A program made the position numbers and the translations under genes. DNA of 24,000 bases from Thermoplasmata archaeon (GTDB lineage: Archaea > Thermoplasmatota > Thermoplasmata > GCA-020350865): the NCBI GenBank assembly GCA_020348445.1, contig CP070751.1, forward strand, positions 2,551,447-2,575,446. The letters run 5' to 3'. How positions within the stretch are numbered: the first letter of the stretch is position 1; each line of letters begins with the position of its first letter. Positions 9,063-14,418 of the stretch are shown here, piece after piece. Below the pieces are notes generated by a model. The model was given only the letters and a program-made list of their open reading frames with translations. It ran no database searches and was not told where the DNA came from.

Positions 9063-9194
9063 GCGGGGGAAGGGTGTGTCCGAGATTAAGATTAAAGTTG
9101 AATAATAACATAACTCGGACACACAGCCATTTTGTGGTGTCTGAGCTTAAGACAAAATTGATGTATTAGTATAACTTGAACACAAGTCCCCCGC
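9063..9194 (-). ncRNA. Candidate tRNA-like structured element downstream of tRNA-Leu, class unknown
   Basis: On the minus strand it starts GCGGGGG and ends CCCTTCCCCCGC. These match the acceptor 5' strand and the T-stem/acceptor 3' strand of the adjacent tRNA-Leu. Between them lie a perfect 11-bp hairpin (9074-9084 / 9114-9124) and a diverged second copy of that hairpin (about 9134-9185). There is no T-loop or credible anticodon arm. Confidence 0.3.
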
Positions 9195-9223
9195 ATCGCA
9201 TTCAATTTAAAAATAATTTAAGG

Positions 9224-9349
9224 TGCGGGGGAAGGGATTCGAACCCTTGAACCACTTCTGGACAGGATGTCCAAACAAGGCGCGTAAATTGAACCCTTAC
9301 ACCTAGGATCTTAAGTCCTGCGCCGTTGGCCATGCTTGGCTACCCCCGC
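9224..9349 (-). tRNA. tRNA-Leu (anticodon UAA) with a 41-nt intron consistent with position 37/38
   Basis: Minus strand: GCGGGGG-TA-GCCAAGCATGGCCAACGGC-G-CAGGA-CTTAAG|intron|A-TCCTG-TCCAGAAGTGGTTC-AAGGG-TTCGAAT-CCCTT-CCCCCGC-A. The long variable arm (CCA-GAAG-TGG) fits Leu. The intron boundary is ambiguous over the duplicated ATCCT. The mature length would be about 85 nt. Confidence 0.85.
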
Positions 9350-9369
9350 ATTTAAGCGGATTCCACCTG

Positions 9370-9477
9370 AGGGGGTAGCCAAGTTCACTTCCCAAGGAAA
9401 CCAAAGCATTTATCATCGAATTGTGGTTTCCTGGGCACAGAGGGGTCTGAAGGACAACTCTAGTGGGCTACCCCTGC
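9370..9477 (-). ncRNA. Structured 5' leader or cloverleaf-like RNA upstream of tRNA-Leu, class unknown
   Basis: The minus strand starts GCAGGGGTAGCCCA, a near copy of tRNA-Leu nt 1-14. It ends CTTGGCTACCCCC, a perfect 13-nt antisense of tRNA-Leu nt 3-15. Internally there are a 12-bp hairpin (9391-9436), a 7-bp hairpin (9437-9465) and a short stem. A TATA-like CTTATA lies about 26 nt upstream (9501-9506). Confidence 0.35.
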
Positions 9478-9500
9478 ATTATGGCAGCACAACCAAAAGG

Positions 9501-9506
9501 TATAAG
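9501..9506 (-). promoter_or_regulatory. TATA-like box (CTTATA on the minus strand), placed to start transcription near 9477
   Basis: Its centre is about 26 nt upstream of the GCAGGGG start of the structured leader. There is no AT-rich box at the equivalent distance from the mature tRNA-Leu 5' end. Confidence 0.35.
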
Positions 9507-9696
9507 CATAGAGGTTTTTTGTTTTTTCTATTCGAGAGGGATTTTCAGGGATGTTTAAATGCCAGATTTGACCATGTGAACCTGGAAAAAACCCAAAAAA
9601 ACCAAAAATTAATGTATATGTTCGGGTATAATAAGATGTTTAAGATATCAATCTGGAGGTATTTACGTAAGCGATATAACCCAAGCTCTCTCAAAT

Positions 9697-10446
9697 GTGG
9701 CGTATCAAACCTATGAAAAGAGGCTACTTAAGGAGGTCCAAGAGGGACCTATCCCAAAACACATAGCCATTATAATGGACGGCAACAGGAGGTTTGCCAG
9801 GGAATTGGGTATTGAACCAACAGATGGGCATCTTAAGGGTAAGGATAAACTGGAGGAGGTAACTGATTGGTGCCTGGAAGTAGGGGTTAAGATCCTCACT
9901 GTATTTGCATTCTCCACAGAGAATCTGAAGAGAAAGACCCAGGAAATAGACAAGCTAATGGCGCTATTTACAGAAAATTTTCGAAGGGCCGGTGATGATG
10001 AAAGGGCTCATAAACATGGAATAAGAGTGAGAGCCTTGGGACAGAGGAACCTATTACCAAAAGAGGTCCAGGATGCCATAGCCTATGCCGAGGAAAAAAC
10101 AAAGGATTACGATAATTACTTCTTCAATATCGCCGTGGCCTACGGTAGCAGGGAGGAGATATTAAGGGCCATCAAAAACATTGCAGATGATGTAAAGAAC
10201 GGAAACCTGAATTCCGATGATATTGATGAGAAGGTATTTTCTTCTTATCTTTATACAGCTGATCTACCAGACCCTGATCTTGTGCTTCGGACATCTGGTG
10301 AGGAGAGGGTATCAAACTTCCTTTTATGGCAGTTGGCATACTCAGAACTGTATTTTGCTGACATATACTGGCCTGGATTTAGAAAAGTAGAGTTTCTTAG
10401 GGCGATTAGATCTTACCAGAAGAGACAGAGAAGATTTGGTACGTAA
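9697..10446 (+). CDS. uppS: Undecaprenyl-diphosphate synthase family cis-prenyltransferase (archaeal type)
   Basis: HIAIIMDGNRRFA catalytic motif, and ..RTSGEERVSNFLLWQLAYSELYF.. near the C-terminus. The GTG at 9697 is the first in-frame start after a stop at 9610, so the start position is uncertain. Confidence 0.88.
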   Translation: MAYQTYEKRLLKEVQEGPIPKHIAIIMDGNRRFARELGIEPTDGHLKGKDKLEEVTDWCLEVGVKILTVFAFSTENLKRKTQEIDKLMALFTENFRRAGDDERAHKHGIRVRALGQRNLLPKEVQDAIAYAEEKTKDYDNYFFNIAVAYGSREEILRAIKNIADDVKNGNLNSDDIDEKVFSSYLYTADLPDPDLVLRTSGEERVSNFLLWQLAYSELYFADIYWPGFRKVEFLRAIRSYQKRQRRFGT

Positions 10447-10485
10447 ATTGTCCATCAATTTTCATCCCATGACAGTTTTTTTTTA

Positions 10486-10494
10486 TCTTTGTCA
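10486..10494 (+). terminator. T9 run, likely terminator of uppS
   Basis: Nine consecutive T residues 40 nt after the uppS stop, in the convergent gap with the E3-like gene. Confidence 0.5.
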
Positions 10495-10521
10495 ATCGCA
10501 ATATCCCAAAATATGGAGTTT

Positions 10522-12606
10522 CTAACTCACGATCTGGAAAAGATTCCTTTTCAAAAAATTTCCAAGATCTTTTTGACAATACCCGCATTCTGTAATTCCC
10601 TCCTCTATTGAATTGTGTAAACAATGTACGTGATAAGGCTTTTTGCATTGAATGCAGGGCATCTCGCAAAGGTCCTTGGTTTCCACAACAGGTTGCGTTA
10701 AAAGAGGAAGGCCACATACTGGACATTCTTTTTGACCGCATATTAAACATTTGAACAAGGATGTATTCCATAAAGATAAAGAAAGCCTATTTATTGCATC
10801 AACTAAAAACATACTGGGGGCCCAAGATTTCAATATATCAGTAAAAAAGGCTTTTACAGATTCCTTAAGTTCTAGATCACCAATATCGACTAAAATCTCG
10901 GGGGGAACAAGTGGGTAGGCCTGTGGGACCTTGATATTTAACTGGATCCGTTTAATTTTGGGTGCTGCTTCCCCTAAAATATCTCCCGTAGACGAGGGAA
11001 CTGGTATTGTAACCTTATATCCACCATCCACTACCTCAAAATCTTCAGTAACCAATCTCAGTAGTAATTCTTCGAACTCTCTTCTATATATATTATTTAT
11101 GACCTGGGAGAGGTTCCGAAGAACATCCATTATCCTCTTTTGCGGTTTCTTGGGCCATTTTTTGATTCCCTCCAGTTCCTCTATATCCAAGCCTTTCAGT
11201 TCTTTAGGTAAAGTTACCACAGGGGGAGAGGGGTATCCTCTTAAATCCATATCGATATCGATAAATTTCGGTCCATATGTTGATATCCTTATAAGGAACC
11301 TGTTCTTGCTCAATCTTTCGGCTCGATACTCCCTTTTGATGACCTCGAATTCACTTTCTATCATGGAATCCTCCACCAGCCTAACCTCTATACCCTGTAG
11401 AATATCCACGAGATTAGGTGTAAACACATCCTCCCAGTGCTTCAATTTCTTGAAGATTTCTTCAATACCGCGGATCCTGATCAACAGATCATCAGTGAAG
11501 GTTATGGATGGTTTTTTCGGGAACTCCTTATAATTTATGGTAACGGGATAGATGTTGTAAATCCCAGCATCCAGACATGAAAGGTAGACTACTACATGAT
11601 ACATTTTATCTCCGACCAACTCCAAAGAGAAATTGTTGGAAAGGTCCAGATACTGCGAAATCGCCTCCTCGTTCTCGAAGGAATCTTCAGTGGCTTCTGC
11701 ATCTGGTATCTCAAAATCGTAAGATGGCTCAATTTCAAAAAATGTTTCAGGAAGAACCTCCTTTACCTCAAACACCTCTTCTGAATCGATATCTGAGGAT
11801 TGTGGAGTTACCTCGATAAATTCCCCCTCAGGTAGAACCTCGACAACCTCTTCATTTTTCTCTTCACTTGACTTTTTACCATTTTCAATTTCCTTTACCT
11901 CGGATTGCTTATCCTCCCTCTCAGGATCTTCTTCCTTTATTTCTTCAGATGGTTTTATCCTGGATTGTATATTATAAAGCACATCCACAAGTCTTGGAGG
12001 GGACTTGGGATCCCAGTTGTTCAGATTTTCAAGCAATTCATCTAAACCGTCGATATTCACAAGGAGCTCATCAGTAAAGGAGAAGGTTGGCTTTTTTGGG
12101 TAATATTCAAAATCTATATTGACAAAGTACTGCTCACCGTCTGGCGAGTTTAAAAACACCGAGATGTCCCTGATGCTGCCGTCGATTAAAGCCAAAGAGA
12201 ATTCATCACTTAATTCAAGATACTGGTTGTAGATCTCTTCAGGTATCAGGCTGACCTCTACAGCGGTCTCTTTACCAGGCTCGAGATCTAAAGGAACGGG
12301 AATGTAGCAATGGGGGCATATTCTCTCTGCACCGTCGACACCAGATATGGCATTAAAATACTGCTCGATGCAACCCTTATGGAAGGCCACACCGCATATA
12401 TGTTCGTAATCGGCACCACCCCGCCTGCAGATAGCACATTCTTTTGTTTTTTGCACAACAGTTCTTAGTTTGTGCTGGAATCCGGATTCCACGTCCTTTT
12501 CTGATGATCGAGAAAATTTATTTTTTGGTACCCATATGGGAATCATAGGTATAAGAAATGACAAAGCGCAAATTTTTTTAGATAACAAGGATGGGAAACC
12601 TATCAT
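10522..12606 (-). CDS. Putative ubiquitin ligase: N-terminal RING-like finger, four tandem RWD/UEV-like (E2-fold, no catalytic Cys) domains, and a C-terminal C4HC3 (PHD/RING-variant) finger
   Basis: N-terminal finger, aa 57-100 (12307-12438): CAIC-x8-H-x-C-x4-H-x2-C-x17-CPHC.
Four repeats (aa ~117-217, 311-412, 415-505, 511-612) each have a leading helix (IYNQYLELSDEFSL / ISQYLDLSNNFSL), beta strands, a YPxxP(P) turn (YYPKKPTFSF, EFPKKPSITF, GYPSPPVVTL, AYPLVPPEIL) and a W-containing helix. None has an HPN...C active site.
C-terminal finger, aa 620-677 (10576-10749): CLIC-x4-CPVC-x19-CIQC-x4-H-x2-C-x11-CGYC.
GAGG lies 9 nt upstream of the ATG. Confidence 0.6.
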   Translation of the reverse strand: MIGFPSLLSKKICALSFLIPMIPIWVPKNKFSRSSEKDVESGFQHKLRTVVQKTKECAICRRGGADYEHICGVAFHKGCIEQYFNAISGVDGAERICPHCYIPVPLDLEPGKETAVEVSLIPEEIYNQYLELSDEFSLALIDGSIRDISVFLNSPDGEQYFVNIDFEYYPKKPTFSFTDELLVNIDGLDELLENLNNWDPKSPPRLVDVLYNIQSRIKPSEEIKEEDPEREDKQSEVKEIENGKKSSEEKNEEVVEVLPEGEFIEVTPQSSDIDSEEVFEVKEVLPETFFEIEPSYDFEIPDAEATEDSFENEEAISQYLDLSNNFSLELVGDKMYHVVVYLSCLDAGIYNIYPVTINYKEFPKKPSITFTDDLLIRIRGIEEIFKKLKHWEDVFTPNLVDILQGIEVRLVEDSMIESEFEVIKREYRAERLSKNRFLIRISTYGPKFIDIDMDLRGYPSPPVVTLPKELKGLDIEELEGIKKWPKKPQKRIMDVLRNLSQVINNIYRREFEELLLRLVTEDFEVVDGGYKVTIPVPSSTGDILGEAAPKIKRIQLNIKVPQAYPLVPPEILVDIGDLELKESVKAFFTDILKSWAPSMFLVDAINRLSLSLWNTSLFKCLICGQKECPVCGLPLLTQPVVETKDLCEMPCIQCKKPYHVHCLHNSIEEGITECGYCQKDLGNFLKRNLFQIVS

Positions 12607-12710
12607 GAAAGTGCCTCTTCTTTAATCAAAATAACCGCATAAGCGCAATAAAAAGTTTTCCATTGGATTTTACTGCTGTGTTTTAAATATCAGATATAAA
12701 TTCTTATCTC

Positions 12711-12720
12711 AAATAAAAAA
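12711..12720 (-). terminator. Possible oligo-T terminator or attenuator directly after the JAMM gene
   Basis: The minus strand reads TGA-TTTTTTATTT immediately after the stop. A TTTATAT / ATATTTAAAA region (about 12684-12705) follows and could act as a separate promoter for the E3-like gene. Confidence 0.3.
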
Positions 12721-13887
12721 TCAAAGTTCTATCCCGCAGTTTGCGCAGCTTGAATCACCTGGCATTATGGAATCATATCCACAGAATTCGCATTTAGCGG
12801 CTTTCTTGCGCTTTTCCTTCTTATGATCCTTTTTTAGCTTATCAATTGCCTTGTCCGTGGATTTTTGGTGCGACTCCAGTTTAATGCCCACAGATTGCAT
12901 ATCTTTTTGTATCTTCTGGACGAACTTACCCATTTCATCGATGGTCTTCTCCAGATTCTCCACCTTTTCAGTTAAAACGTGTTTCGGCCTCGCGTATTCC
13001 TCCTTGTACTCAAGAACCAATGGATAGCCCTCAGCAAGAAGCATTGTAGCTTCCACCATACAATCCAATACATCCTGTATGATATGCTCTACCTCAACAT
13101 TCTCTATCTCGACAAACTCCGATTTCTCCCCCAACTCAGGTGATTTTAACCTGAAAATCTTCAGATATTCATTGAGTTGAATTCCTTCTTTGAATTTAGA
13201 TGGATCAAAGACTATTGCCACGGCTTTGGGATTCAAGGATTGGTAGCCAGAGTGATTGACCCTGTCCACAGGGGATAAAAACAGCCCATGGCCTGGGTGC
13301 GTGTGATACCATCCAACAATCCAGTTTTCATCTGTCAGGTCTTGGTTTATCTCGTCGGCTTTGGCATAGTGCTCATTTTGGAATTCTACCTCAACCAAAC
13401 TACCGTGAACAATGGGAATTGCATCCATTATCTGTACTTTGGAATCGTCCACATTCCCAACGAGAAATCCCATGCATTCCACCCAATCCTTTCGTGGTGC
13501 CTTGGGATTGGAAAACCTCATTCCATGCCTAAGCACTTTGTTCAAGGCCCTATAACTGATTAAAACCTTTTCCTTTTCTTTTGGGGGGATCTCCTCCTTT
13601 TCCTCTAATGCCCCTTTCATAGCAACTTCTTGTATATCAGTTTCAGCCAGTTCATCAAGCTCTGATAGATAATCGTCTATTTCTTTCTCTTTCTTTTCCT
13701 CCATTTCCTTGGGCCTTTGCTCGATTTTCTCTTCTTTCTTTTCCTCGATTTCTTTGGGCTCTTTTTCTATCTCTTCCTCAATTTCCCTGGGTTCTTTTTC
13801 TATTTCTTCCCTCAATTGGGAGGACTCCTTTTTGAGCTTCCTTTTAGATTTCTTTCTTTTGACCTTAATCCTCTTTTTCTTAGGCAT
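12721..13887 (-). CDS. JAMM/MPN+ metalloisopeptidase (Rpn11/CSN5-like deubiquitinase) with a Lys/Glu-rich N-terminal extension, a C-terminal coiled coil and a zinc ribbon
   Basis: The JAMM motif is complete: E in WVECMGFLVG, and HTHPGHGLFLSPVD (HxH-x7-S-x2-D). The first His codon was checked at 13303-13305. C-terminal CEFCGYDSIMPGDSSCANCG (CxxC-x12-CxxC).
The preferred start is the ATG at 13887 (MPKKKRIKV...), which overlaps the E2 stop as ATGCCTAA. The ORF track start at 13926 would overlap E2 by 47 nt. Confidence 0.85.
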   Translation of the reverse strand: MPKKKRIKVKRKKSKRKLKKESSQLREEIEKEPREIEEEIEKEPKEIEEKKEEKIEQRPKEMEEKKEKEIDDYLSELDELAETDIQEVAMKGALEEKEEIPPKEKEKVLISYRALNKVLRHGMRFSNPKAPRKDWVECMGFLVGNVDDSKVQIMDAIPIVHGSLVEVEFQNEHYAKADEINQDLTDENWIVGWYHTHPGHGLFLSPVDRVNHSGYQSLNPKAVAIVFDPSKFKEGIQLNEYLKIFRLKSPELGEKSEFVEIENVEVEHIIQDVLDCMVEATMLLAEGYPLVLEYKEEYARPKHVLTEKVENLEKTIDEMGKFVQKIQKDMQSVGIKLESHQKSTDKAIDKLKKDHKKEKRKKAAKCEFCGYDSIMPGDSSCANCGIEL

Positions 13888-14416
13888 AATTCTGTGTCCA
13901 CTCCTTGGCCTTATTATCGAATTCATCTTTATTGTATTTATACTGGGCTCCAGCCTCTCTGTTTAGGGGATCGTCCGGATTGAAGAAAGGAGGATAGCAA
14001 TGTATCATGAGTTTCAGACATTCAATGAGCATGGACAAATCTTTTGTGGGTGTCCATCCCATGGTTTTACTCTCGGGATCCACCTTCCCTATCCTGTCCG
14101 GGTTAATGATATCAAAACATACATTGTCCTTCCAAAAGCTCTGTGTCGGAGGGGCTCTGTTGATGTCTATATTGGGATGCCATATTCTGGTATGGCAGAA
14201 CACGCCTGGTGGATAGAACGGGTAATTGTTGAAGGTCTTGATCTCGAAAACGAACCTTCCGTCTTCATAGGGTGTTTCCTCTGCGCCATAAATCGTAACC
14301 TTCAAATGACCAACGAAAGACGCCCCAGGCCAAAGCTCTATTATAACGTATCTATCATTCTGAAAGCGTTGCAAGGCTTCAAAATAATCCCTCTCTATGC
14401 GCTCGAAATCCGCCAA
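13880..14416 (-). CDS. Ubiquitin-conjugating enzyme (UBC-fold E2)
   Basis: YPFYPPGVFCHTRIWHPNI (YPxxPP...HPN) followed by the catalytic-Cys context DNVCFDII. The Cys100 codon TGT was checked at 14117-14119. Next come W-TP (GWTPTKDL) and the C-terminal DPLN.EA....N...F...A..W motif. The start is TTG at 14416, with GGAGGG 6 nt upstream, inside the last E1 codons. Confidence 0.9.
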   Translation of the reverse strand: MADFERIERDYFEALQRFQNDRYVIIELWPGASFVGHLKVTIYGAEETPYEDGRFVFEIKTFNNYPFYPPGVFCHTRIWHPNIDINRAPPTQSFWKDNVCFDIINPDRIGKVDPESKTMGWTPTKDLSMLIECLKLMIHCYPPFFNPDDPLNREAGAQYKYNKDEFDNKAKEWTQNYA

Positions 14417-14418
14417 TA

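Noticed and set aside
9074-9185. CRISPR-like repeat
   Set aside because: There are only two diverged copies of a roughly 55-nt hairpin unit. There is no repeat-spacer periodicity and no cas genes.
9370-9477. Additional functional tRNA genes (also considered at 9063..9194 and 16866..16980)
   Set aside because: These segments start with tRNA-like acceptor sequences. However, they lack a GTTCGAATC T-loop in a paired T arm, a 7-nt anticodon loop with U33, and D-stem pairing. The termini of 9370..9477 do not form a 7-bp acceptor with a discriminator.
9336-9716. 126-aa plus-strand ORF from the track
   Set aside because: It starts inside tRNA-Leu and runs through the structured leader and the uppS promoter region. 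It has no ribosome-binding site and no recognisable protein features. The region is better explained by RNA elements.
10931-11533. 200-aa ORF antisense to the E3-like gene, with others at 11577..11819, 11596..11784, 11868..12077 and 10406..10771
   Set aside because: All lie fully inside, or overlap the 3' end of, the long and well-supported minus-strand gene. Their Ser/Leu-rich translations are typical of the antisense of an acidic coding region.
13709-13983. 85-aa and 88-aa plus-strand ORFs rich in F/L/S
   Set aside because: They are the antisense translation of the Lys/Glu-rich repeat region of the JAMM gene. They are low-complexity artefacts.
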